Positions 10,046 to 17,083 of a DNA stretch of 64,000 bases are shown in pieces (position 1 is the first letter of the stretch; each line of letters starts with the position of its first letter). The notes below the pieces were generated by a model. That model ran no database searches, had not been told where the DNA came from, and saw only the letters and a program-made list of their open reading frames with translations. The position numbers and the translations under genes are program-made. The DNA lies in the IMG/VR virus record IMGVR_UViG_3300032224_000591, positions 1-64,000 of that record; one strand, written 5' to 3'. The stretch is from a virus.

Positions 10046-10057
10046 CTAGAATCCAAC

Positions 10058-10075
10058 TGTGACAAATATGTCACA
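10058..10075. promoter_or_regulatory. palindromic operator TGTGACAAATATGTCACA
   Basis: TGTGAC-N6-GTCACA dyad 37 nt upstream of the promoter -35 box. Confidence 0.65.
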
Positions 10076-10111
10076 CGGCCCAGGGAAGTGTCTCTGGGCC
10101 GCATTTTTTTT
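10076..10111 (+). terminator. intrinsic terminator after the SDR gene
   Basis: CGGCCCAGGGA-AGTG-TCTCTGGGCCG stem followed by a T tract. Confidence 0.7.
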
Positions 10112-10112
10112 A

Positions 10113-10141
10113 TGTACTTGCCTATAGATATGTCGTATGAT
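10113..10141 (+). promoter_or_regulatory. early promoter TGTACT-N17-TATGAT
   Basis: Matches the recurring consensus with a 17-nt spacer. Confidence 0.65.
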
Positions 10142-10167
10142 CAGAGAGTCAACAACGGAGCTCAAAA

Positions 10168-10317
10168 ATGACTATCCAATCCATCTTTTCTGATTTCAAA
10201 TCCATTGTAACGGATTCCGAAAAAGTTGCTTTTCTACAAACGTTACAAACCCTTAACCTTCCTTACGATATTAATTACGAAACTCTTATCACTTTCTATA
10301 GAAATCGTAACAAATAA
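10168..10317 (+). CDS. small early protein, 49 aa (MTIQSIFSDFKSIVTDSEKVAFLQTLQTLNLPYDINYETLITFYRNRNK), not in ORF track
   Basis: GGAG RBS, own promoter, fills the space up to the next palindrome. Confidence 0.7.
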   Translation: MTIQSIFSDFKSIVTDSEKVAFLQTLQTLNLPYDINYETLITFYRNRNK

Positions 10318-10323
10318 CGAAAC

Positions 10324-10359
10324 ACTTAGCACTGTGACTTTTATGTCACAGTGCTAAGT
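10324..10359. promoter_or_regulatory. extended palindrome ACTTAGCACTGTGAC-TTTTAT-GTCACAGTGCTAAGT (15-bp arms)
   Basis: Perfect inverted repeat containing the TGTGAC-N6-GTCACA core, 36 nt upstream of the -35 box. Confidence 0.7.
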
Positions 10360-10386
10360 AATAGCTCTGGGGGCCGCATTTTCTAG

Positions 10387-10415
10387 TGTACTTCCCCCTC
10401 AGAACTTCGTATAAT
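10387..10415 (+). promoter_or_regulatory. early promoter TGTACT-N17-TATAAT
   Basis: Consensus match. Confidence 0.75.
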
Positions 10416-10448
10416 GATTAGGTTAGATGAGATCAGGAGCTAAGCAAT

Positions 10449-10607
10449 ATGATGTACGTTCGTCAAATCGAGACTCTTTTAGGCTGTGACCGTGATACTG
10501 CCATGGCCGTGTTTGACCTCATGTATGACCTCGATCTTTCCGAGTGCACTGACCGTCAGTTCAATCGGGCTGCTCGGGTGGCATATGCCGAGCTGCAGTC
10601 ACAGTGA
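10449..10607 (+). CDS. small early protein, 52 aa (MMYVRQIETLLGCDRDTAMAVFDLMYDLDLSECTDRQFNRAARVAYAELQSQ), not in ORF track
   Basis: AGGAG RBS, own promoter, stop codon inside the next palindrome. Confidence 0.7.
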   Translation: MMYVRQIETLLGCDRDTAMAVFDLMYDLDLSECTDRQFNRAARVAYAELQSQ

Positions 10608-10620
10608 CAAATTTGTCACA
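10603..10620. promoter_or_regulatory. palindromic operator AGTGACAAATTTGTCACA
   Basis: Perfect 16-bp palindrome GTGACAAATTTGTCAC, 36 nt upstream of the -35 box. Confidence 0.65.
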
Positions 10621-10656
10621 CCGCCTGGAAATGATATTGCCAAGCGAAAATAACTA

Positions 10657-10685
10657 TGTACGATGGCCTCGGAACTTCGTATAAT
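10657..10685 (+). promoter_or_regulatory. early promoter TGTACG-N17-TATAAT
   Basis: Consensus match; shares GAACTTCGTATAATGAT with the 10387 promoter. Confidence 0.75.
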
Positions 10686-10725
10686 GATCAAGTTGAATCG
10701 AACAAACCTGAATGGAGACTACATA

Positions 10726-11244
10726 ATGGCTAAGCGTGGACAAAAGACTGCAACGACTATCTCTGTCATGGAAGCTAACCGTGGCAAGTCGTATGACGAA
10801 ATCGGTGCTCTGATCGCCGAAGCTCTCGGTGCTCAGAACGGTACCGGCCGCCTCTACTACCGCTACATGGTTGAGGCCGGCAAGGTTCAGGGTTTCCCTG
10901 CTCCTTGGATGGATGGAACTGCCACTAAGGCGCCTAAGGCTAAGGCCGTGAAGGCGACTGTGAAGCGTATGGCCAAGGAAGTGATTTCCAAGTCCAAGCG
11001 TTCTGTGACTGCTACGGTCAAGTCTGTCGACGAGATCGAAGCTATCAAGCAGAAGAACCTCGAGACGATGCGAGCTGTGAGCGCCAAGCTCTCTCGCGTT
11101 CGTGACTTCTCCAAGCCTGTCAAGGAAGAGGAAGTCAAGGACGGTGAGTACTCGCCCCACCTTGATCGCGAAGAGGAGCTCAACGTCCTCCGCTCTGAAG
11201 GTCTGATCGATCAGGTTCCTCAGTATTCTCACCTTGAAGGCTAA
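10726..11244 (+). CDS. early protein with Lys/Ala-rich basic central region, possibly DNA-binding
   Basis: ATG at 10726 with GGAG RBS; KAPKAKAVKATVKR tract. Confidence 0.7.
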   Translation: MAKRGQKTATTISVMEANRGKSYDEIGALIAEALGAQNGTGRLYYRYMVEAGKVQGFPAPWMDGTATKAPKAKAVKATVKRMAKEVISKSKRSVTATVKSVDEIEAIKQKNLETMRAVSAKLSRVRDFSKPVKEEEVKDGEYSPHLDREEELNVLRSEGLIDQVPQYSHLEG

Positions 11245-11250
11245 TCGGTA

Positions 11251-11272
11251 GAGGGCAGCTTCGGCTGCCCTC
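11251..11272 (+). terminator. C(UUCG)G hairpin GAGGGCAGC-TTCG-GCTGCCCTC
   Basis: Perfect 9-bp stem with the T4-typical UUCG tetraloop; no U tract, so possibly an mRNA-stabilising or processing hairpin. Confidence 0.55.
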
Positions 11273-11310
11273 CATCACGGACACATCTCGGTGTGCCTCT
11301 GATGGAGGGT

Positions 11311-11556
11311 ATGACTATGGAACCTGAAAATCTTACGTTCGAACATCTGACTATTGACGAGGCTCGTGCTCAAGCGATCACAATGCTTCGCTCTCTTGTC
11401 AAGGTAAAGGTATCGAAGATCAATAACCTGATCCGCGATATCGAGCGCGCCAAGAACTCTCGCGAGGTCCAGCGCATCATGTGGAATGCCTATATGGCCG
11501 GCACCGGCTTCGGTGTGTCCGGATCCGATTGGCAGAAGTTTCATAAGGGAGTCTGA
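11311..11556 (+). CDS. hypothetical early protein
   Basis: GGAGG RBS; ORF of about 81 aa. Confidence 0.7.
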   Translation: MTMEPENLTFEHLTIDEARAQAITMLRSLVKVKVSKINNLIRDIERAKNSREVQRIMWNAYMAGTGFGVSGSDWQKFHKGV

Positions 11557-11558
11557 GA

Positions 11559-11822
11559 ATGGTTATCACGCCTACTAGCAAAGCTGGCCAGTCGAAGACT
11601 GGTGTGCTCTACGACATCACGGTCACCGCTATAGCCGAAGTCCTTGGATTTCCGCCCAACGTTGAGGATGATCCGGATAAGGTCGAGAACTCTTGGGGGT
11701 TCGAGATCGATGGAAAGCAGTTCGGCATTTGGGACTATAAGGGTTCTCACCACATGGGCCAGTTCTCGACCTATGGTGATAGCTCTGTCCTAGCTAAGCT
11801 CTTCCCCGCCCATTACGTGTGA
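11559..11822 (+). CDS. hypothetical early protein (xxFxIWDYK type)
   Basis: 87-aa ORF; DKVENSWGF...IWDYK motif seen in small phage proteins. Confidence 0.7.
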   Translation: MVITPTSKAGQSKTGVLYDITVTAIAEVLGFPPNVEDDPDKVENSWGFEIDGKQFGIWDYKGSHHMGQFSTYGDSSVLAKLFPAHYV

Positions 11823-11829
11823 AATGAGC

Positions 11830-11893
11830 GATGTACAACCCCCGTACTTCGTGGTATAATTATCCTATCAAATGAGGAAAGGAACTTAGCATG
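11830..11893 (+). repeat. promoter-RBS cassette, copy 1 (TGTACA-N17-TATAAT ... GAAAGGAAC-ATG)
   Basis: About 64-nt near-identical direct repeat with 12167-12230. Confidence 0.85.
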
Positions 11894-12160
11894 TCGTTGT
11901 CTTTTACGAAGTTGCTCCAGTCGGTCCATCAGCTCGACAATGGTGAGCTCAATACCGTTATCGAGCATATCAAAGCTCGTCGCGCAGAGCTGGCCTCTCG
12001 CAACCGTCTGACCTTCAAGGTCGGTGACACAGTCACCTTCAGCGGTCGTGGTAAGTCCCACGTTGGCAAGATCGAGGCCATCAAGGTCAAGAACGCAGTT
12101 GTCCGCGAGGGTAACACCAACTGGCGTGTTCCTCTGAATCTGCTGGCTTCTGCTGCATGA
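11891..12160 (+). CDS. small SH3/KOW-like beta-barrel early protein
   Basis: FKVGDTVTF...GKIEAIKVKNAVV...WRVP pattern. Confidence 0.7.
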   Translation: MSLSFTKLLQSVHQLDNGELNTVIEHIKARRAELASRNRLTFKVGDTVTFSGRGKSHVGKIEAIKVKNAVVREGNTNWRVPLNLLASAA

Positions 12161-12166
12161 TTTAGA

Positions 12167-12230
12167 GATGTACAATCTCGCTACTTCGTGGTATAATTAT
12201 CCTATCAAATGACGAAAGGAACATAGCATG
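12167..12230 (+). repeat. promoter-RBS cassette, copy 2
   Basis: Near-identical to 11830-11893; -35 TGTACA at 12169, -10 TATAAT at 12192. Confidence 0.85.
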
Positions 12231-13154
12231 GCACATATGGTTGAGACGATGGCCTACGCCGGTGAAACACCTTGGCATGGTCTTGGATATAAAGTTCCGG
12301 CAGATCTGACACCTGCTCAGATGCTGGAAGCTGCAAAGCTTGATTGGACGGTTTCGAAGGTTCCCGCTTACGCAGAGATCAACGGCATCCAGACGCCAAT
12401 CGGCCGCTCTGCTCTCGTGCGTTCGTCTGATAGCTCGATGCTCGATGTTGTGTCTGACGACTGGAATCCTATCCAGAACCAAGAGGCCTTTGAGTTCTTC
12501 AATGAGTTCATCGCAGCTGGTGACATGGAGATGCATACGGCTGGTTCGCTCCGTGATGGTCAGATCGTGTGGGGTCTTGCTAAGGTGCGTGATTCCTTTG
12601 AGCTCTTCAAGGGTGATCAGGTTGACTCCTACCTTCTCTTCTCGAACTTCCACCGCTACGGCTTCAGCACTGACGTGCGCTTCACTCCTATCCGTGTCGT
12701 GTGCAACAACACACTGACTCTGTCGCTCAACTCCAAGGTTGAGAACTTTGTGAAGATCAGCCATCGTTCGAAGTTCGATGCTGACTCCACCAAGGAGATG
12801 CTCGGCATCGCCAAGGAGAAGCTTGCGCAGTACAAGGACATGGCTTCTTTCCTTGGCTCTAAGATGGCCAAGACTGAGAACATCGTCGAGTACTTCAACC
12901 GCATCTTCCCTGCGACTGGCAAGAAGGATGCAAGCCGCAATGCAGAGCGTGCGATGGAAGTGCTTCACACACAGCCTGGTGCAAACTTCGCCGAGGGTAC
13001 CTGGTGGCAGCCCTTCAATGCGGTCACCTACCTGACCGATCATGAGCTCGGTCGTACCGCTGATAGCCGCCTTGCTGCTGCATGGTATGGCTACAACAAG
13101 TCCCTCAAGACCAAGGCTCTTGAGGTTGCGGTTGAGATGGCGGAAGCAGCTTAA
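12228..13154 (+). CDS. DUF932/DUF945-family phage/plasmid protein
   Basis: MAHMVETMAYAGETPWHGLG, IQNQEAFEFF, TAGSL, TPIRVVCNNT and GTWW..FNAVT motifs. Confidence 0.85.
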   Translation: MAHMVETMAYAGETPWHGLGYKVPADLTPAQMLEAAKLDWTVSKVPAYAEINGIQTPIGRSALVRSSDSSMLDVVSDDWNPIQNQEAFEFFNEFIAAGDMEMHTAGSLRDGQIVWGLAKVRDSFELFKGDQVDSYLLFSNFHRYGFSTDVRFTPIRVVCNNTLTLSLNSKVENFVKISHRSKFDADSTKEMLGIAKEKLAQYKDMASFLGSKMAKTENIVEYFNRIFPATGKKDASRNAERAMEVLHTQPGANFAEGTWWQPFNAVTYLTDHELGRTADSRLAAAWYGYNKSLKTKALEVAVEMAEAA

Positions 13155-13163
13155 GCTGCTTCC
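13142..13163. terminator. perfect palindrome GGAAGCAGCTTAAGCTGCTTCC centred on the stop codon
   Basis: 22-bp inverted repeat; possible hairpin or terminator. Confidence 0.45.
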
Positions 13164-13189
13164 CCTTATATGTAATCCCAAAATGGAGA

Positions 13190-14323
13190 ATGTTAATGGC
13201 AGCCCGTCGCCCCGCTAGCTTGTTGAAGGCTAAGTCTAAGGATAGGAAGCCTCGTGTTTCGCGTTCCGAGGCTTACCGGATCAATGTTAAGTATATGGGC
13301 GAGGAGCCTGTCTTTACGAAGCCATTGACGCCGAGTGAGTACGGTAATGCCTTGAACTGGTATAACTGTATGGCTGACAAGGACGAGGCACGTGAGTACA
13401 CGTACACGTACTTGAAAAACGAGGGCAGGCTTGAGGAGCTGAAGGCACTGAAGCGTGTGCCTGATACGTGGCTCAACCTCTCGTGCGCATGGGTGTGTCG
13501 TATGCTCACACTTGGCTATGTGCTTCCTGGTAATCCCAAGGAGTACATCGACATTCGCCTAAAGGAGCAGCTGCTCAAGGCGAAGAAGGAAGAGCCCGAG
13601 GTTGCCAAGCCTTCTATTCAGGATCGTACGCGTGAGAAGTCGCACGAAATCATTGGCGAGATCGAGGAGATGATCGACAATGAGACGATCTTCAGCATGT
13701 ATGATTGGCTGAAGGCTCGTACCATTCCTGCGATGTATGCTCCTATGATCATCGCTCATTATGCTCCATGGTTGTGTGAGTTGATCGAGGCATATGAAGG
13801 TAAGGATCCTCAGCTCAAAGAGGCCTATAGCTATCTGACGAAGAAGCAGCTGGCAGATCGTATCAAGTTCTTTCATGCGCTTATCTCTGATGCCGAGAAG
13901 TATGCTGGTGTTGCGAAGAAGACTCGTGCTCCTCGTAAGCCACGCCCTGTATCGAAGGAGAAGCTCCTGAAGAACCTGAAGTTCCAGAAGGAAGATGCAG
14001 ACTTTAAGATTGCATCCATCAATCCCGAGAAGATCCTTGGTGCACAGGAACTGTGGTGCTTCAATACGAAGTACAAAGTACTCACGGTGTTCCGTGCATT
14101 GGATCGTGGTGGTCTACAGATCAAGCGCTCGAGCATCGTCGGCTTCGATGAGAAGACGAGCATGAGTCGTGGGTGTGGACGAGGTGCTGACAAGATTGTA
14201 CAGTCGGTACTGACAGCCGGTAAGATCACACTGCGTAAGGTGATGGATGACTTAAAGACTGTAAGGGTTCTTGGTGAACGTATAAATGAGAACACAATCT
14301 TATTGAAGGTGGTCAATGGGTAA
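13190..14323 (+). CDS. conserved T4-like phage hypothetical protein
   Basis: ALNWYN, SIQDR, SINPEKILGAQELWCFNTK and RINENTILLKV motifs typical of large T4-like phages. Confidence 0.75.
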   Translation: MLMAARRPASLLKAKSKDRKPRVSRSEAYRINVKYMGEEPVFTKPLTPSEYGNALNWYNCMADKDEAREYTYTYLKNEGRLEELKALKRVPDTWLNLSCAWVCRMLTLGYVLPGNPKEYIDIRLKEQLLKAKKEEPEVAKPSIQDRTREKSHEIIGEIEEMIDNETIFSMYDWLKARTIPAMYAPMIIAHYAPWLCELIEAYEGKDPQLKEAYSYLTKKQLADRIKFFHALISDAEKYAGVAKKTRAPRKPRPVSKEKLLKNLKFQKEDADFKIASINPEKILGAQELWCFNTKYKVLTVFRALDRGGLQIKRSSIVGFDEKTSMSRGCGRGADKIVQSVLTAGKITLRKVMDDLKTVRVLGERINENTILLKVVNG

Positions 14324-14528
14324 AAAGTATCGCATCTATGTTAAAGAGTCTGAGCGGTCGGACTGTGATCGTTGGGTTGAAACATATGATACATATAGCG
14401 AAGCGCTACAGCGAATCAACACTATTAATGGGCAGAACACCTTGAAGCGTTCACCTGATTGGTTTATGATTGCAGAAGGAAGGATCGATGTTATCCACGA
14501 TGGGAGGCCAGATGAAGATTCTGAATGA
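14316..14528 (+). CDS. hypothetical protein
   Basis: 70-aa ORF overlapping its neighbours. Confidence 0.6.
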   Translation: MGKKYRIYVKESERSDCDRWVETYDTYSEALQRINTINGQNTLKRSPDWFMIAEGRIDVIHDGRPDEDSE

Positions 14529-14946
14529 GTGCTCATTCCTCACCGATGCTGGTATCAGCAAGATCGAAGAGAAGTACAATGCAAAGTACGTCCTCGAGGC
14601 TTGCATCAAGGATGCTAATGGTCAATGGGCAAATATGCCGTGTGCTATCTTCTATAGTGAGGTGGCACATCCACAGGGCTCAAACTATTTTGCCTTATAC
14701 TACAGCGCACGCCACAACACATACATGATCACTAATGGTCTGTCAGCTGTGGATGGTGTTGAATTTAACGGCATCGAGTCTGAGGGTGAAGTCGTGTACT
14801 CACGTTATCGTCATGACTTCCGTAAGCACAAGAATGGTGCGTTCATCGATGGTGGGCGTGACTATGGTCGCTTCGGCGGCGACACTTTTAATGACTACAA
14901 CCACGTAAAGTTTGTCGTAAACCAGGATCGTTTAGAGATCATATAA
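14512..14946 (+). CDS. hypothetical protein (SRYRHDF...IDGGRDY motif)
   Basis: ATG at 14512 with GGAGG RBS. Confidence 0.7.
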   Translation: MKILNECSFLTDAGISKIEEKYNAKYVLEACIKDANGQWANMPCAIFYSEVAHPQGSNYFALYYSARHNTYMITNGLSAVDGVEFNGIESEGEVVYSRYRHDFRKHKNGAFIDGGRDYGRFGGDTFNDYNHVKFVVNQDRLEII

Positions 14947-14986
14947 TATCTCTAAAGTCTCAAAACAGCGCACAAGGGATCATATA

Positions 14987-15247
14987 ATGTTCATTGAAAT
15001 CGACGAAGAGCTTATCGACCGTATCATCAAGCAGCGCCTCGAGGAGGACTGGATCCATGCTAACAAGGAAGTCATGATCCTTGAGAGTGAGGATCGCCGT
15101 GGTGAACTCAAGCCTTATCAGCGTGAGGATCTTGAGATGTACCGTAGGCTAATTCCTGCAATGCGCATTATGGCTGCATGGCACTTCACAAAGCCCGAGC
15201 AGGAAGAAATCTTTGGTGTACAAGACGATGATGATGTGATAGAATAA
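14987..15247 (+). CDS. hypothetical protein
   Basis: 86-aa ORF with AAGGG RBS. Confidence 0.65.
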   Translation: MFIEIDEELIDRIIKQRLEEDWIHANKEVMILESEDRRGELKPYQREDLEMYRRLIPAMRIMAAWHFTKPEQEEIFGVQDDDDVIE

Positions 15248-15250
15248 ATA
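15243..15250 (+). promoter_or_regulatory. T4-type late promoter (AATAAATA) upstream of the tmRNA
   Basis: NATAAATA immediately 5' of the acceptor piece. Confidence 0.55.
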
Positions 15251-15254
15251 CAGT

Positions 15255-15592
15255 TGCAAAGGTTGTTGATGCGTAAGGAATAGACGTTCTGGACCCGGGG
15301 GCGGTACCCGGCGCCTCCACCATAAACACACAGGGGTCAATATGTGGTATCTTGCTTGGGCTTGGTTTTCTAATTCATCACATATCAATGTGAGCCAACA
15401 TAGGAAGCATACTTCCCGGTATGAAGATTTGTGCATGTAGTGTGTTTATGATGGGGGCGAAATAGGTTCGACAGGATGCAGTAAAGGTACGAGTAGACCA
15501 ATGCAAACGTTAGATGCAAACGATAATGCACCTCTAGTTATGGCACTTGCTGCCTAACATGCGTCCGGGGGAACGTGGAAACAGAATCCCCC
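15255..15592 (+). ncRNA. ssrA: circularly permuted two-piece tmRNA, alphaproteobacterial type: acceptor piece ending CCA at 15322, intervening segment 15323-15452, coding piece from 15453, tag ANDNAPLVMALAA at 15516-15557
   Basis: GGACCCGGGGGCGGTACCCGGCGCCTCCACCA T-arm/3' end precedes the GGGGGCGAAATAGGTTCGAC 5' end; 7-bp acceptor stem with G3-U70; ANDN...ALAA tag; outer ends approximate. Confidence 0.92.
15342..15440 (+). CDS. 32-aa ORF inside the tmRNA intervening segment (MWYLAWAWFSNSSHINVSQHRKHTSRYEDLCM)
   Basis: AGGGG RBS 5 nt before the ATG; RBS plus ORF fill the loop closed by CATAAACACA/TGTGTTTATG. Confidence 0.55.
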   Translation: MWYLAWAWFSNSSHINVSQHRKHTSRYEDLCM

Positions 15593-15602
15593 ATCTATCT
15601 GT

Positions 15603-15679
15603 GGTCACTTAGCTCAGCTGGATAGAGCATCAGACTTCTAATCTGAGGGTCGATGGTTCGAGTCCATCAGTGATCGCCA
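15603..15679 (+). tRNA. tRNA-Arg(UCU)
   Basis: Cloverleaf GGTCACT...AGTGATC-G-CCA, D arm AGCTCAGCTGGATAGAGC, anticodon stem TCAGA-CT-TCT-AA-TCTGA, GGTTCGAGTCC T loop. Confidence 0.95.
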
Positions 15680-15718
15680 GCATATATAGTGAGTCCGAAA
15701 CTGACTGAAGGAGTCAAT

Positions 15719-17083
15719 ATGATTAAGCAACTGGCCGCAATCGGAATGGCCTTAACAACCTCTACAGTAGCTCTTGCTACTGATCTTCCGTCAAAGCGAG
15801 CAGCGCCGACATCAGCAAATTACATAAAGATTTGTGACGCGTATGGTGCAGGTTTCTTTGGTATTCCTGGAACTGACACTTGTATCAAGGTTGGTGGCAT
15901 GGTTCGTTATGATACGTTCTATTCGCCCTCTCAAGACCTATACAAGATCACTTCTGGTGCTAAGGCTGTAGCAACTAATAAGGCTACAGAGATGACATTG
16001 GGCAATGAGGTTCGTGGTCGTATCGACCTTGATGCTCGTACATCTACTGACTATGGTACGCTGCAGACCGTTGTGTCTTCACGTCTTGGTCGTACAAGTG
16101 GTGCACTTAACAGCGTGGCTGCTCCTACTGGTGCAACACAGTCTGGCACAACGACTACTCCTATTATGGAAGCTGCCTACATGCGTTGGGCTGGTTTCAC
16201 GGCAGGTATTGCACGTGACAACTTCCAGTATATGCCTGTTGTCACCTATACCGGCAACCAGCATTGGGCATCGTTCTCTAACGGTGCAAAACAGCTTGCC
16301 TACACTGCTGTAATTGGCGGTGGTCTGTCTGCAACGATCGCTATTCAGGATCCTACTGATACAGCGATCGCTCCTATTGGTGTAACTGCACTGTCTACTG
16401 TGTACTCTGTCAACCGCACTCCCCAGATCAACGGTCGTATCGACTTCGATCAGTCATGGGGCGGTGTTGCTGTAATGGGTGCAGCCCGTCAGGCTAATGG
16501 TATCGATCCAACTGGTGTTGCCTATGACAAGACTGCAAACGTCTGGGCTGCTGGTGCTGGTGCTAAGATCAATCTACCGTTCATTGCTGCTGGTGATGCA
16601 ATCTACTTCACTGCCAACTATGCAAACGGTATGACTGAGTACACATCGTCATATGGTTCGAACAAGGCTTCTGCAAACGTACAGCGCGATCTTGGTGGCT
16701 ATGTCATCAACCCGCCTAGCGTTGTGTATGGTGCTGCTGGTCTTGAACTTGTCAAGTCTTGGAACGTAGGCACTGCGCTTACTCATAACTGGTCTGACAA
16801 GTGGAAGTCTAACGTGTTCGCATCGTATGCTTCTATCACTGCTCCTGCTACATCTGCTGCACTTGTGTTTGATGGTAAAGCTGGCTTTGGTGATTCGAAG
16901 ACATGGAGTGCAGGCACTAACCTGACATTCAGCCCTGTCAAGGACTTTGACATCGGTGTTGAGGGTATCTACTCGAACATGAAGCAGGACGTTCGTTACA
17001 CGCTGGCTAGCTCGACAAATATCGTCACTAGTGAGTCAGTGAATAACTGGACTGCCCGCGCGCGAGTCGAACGCCGCTTCTGA
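15719..17083 (+). CDS. alphaproteobacterial outer-membrane porin (Omp2/RopA, Porin_2 family)
   Basis: Signal peptide, DLPSKRAAP, YIKICDAYGAGFFGIPGTDTCIKVGG signature, C-terminal RVERRF BAM signal; ATG at 15719 with GAAGGAG RBS. Confidence 0.9.
   Translation: MIKQLAAIGMALTTSTVALATDLPSKRAAPTSANYIKICDAYGAGFFGIPGTDTCIKVGGMVRYDTFYSPSQDLYKITSGAKAVATNKATEMTLGNEVRGRIDLDARTSTDYGTLQTVVSSRLGRTSGALNSVAAPTGATQSGTTTTPIMEAAYMRWAGFTAGIARDNFQYMPVVTYTGNQHWASFSNGAKQLAYTAVIGGGLSATIAIQDPTDTAIAPIGVTALSTVYSVNRTPQINGRIDFDQSWGGVAVMGAARQANGIDPTGVAYDKTANVWAAGAGAKINLPFIAAGDAIYFTANYANGMTEYTSSYGSNKASANVQRDLGGYVINPPSVVYGAAGLELVKSWNVGTALTHNWSDKWKSNVFASYASITAPATSAALVFDGKAGFGDSKTWSAGTNLTFSPVKDFDIGVEGIYSNMKQDVRYTLASSTNIVTSESVNNWTARARVERRF

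Noticed and set aside
10058-12230. Repeats in the early region as a CRISPR array or integron attC sites
   Set aside because: Repeats are promoter/operator elements separated by genes of unequal length; no cas or integrase gene
12162-13181. 339-aa antisense ORF (also 10654-11232 and other minus-strand ORFs over early genes)
   Set aside because: Shadow frames of strongly codon-biased plus-strand genes; no recognisable motifs or RBS
15149-15436. 95-aa minus-strand ORF across the tmRNA
   Set aside because: Antisense reading of the tmRNA T arm (WWRRRVPPPG is the typical artefact)
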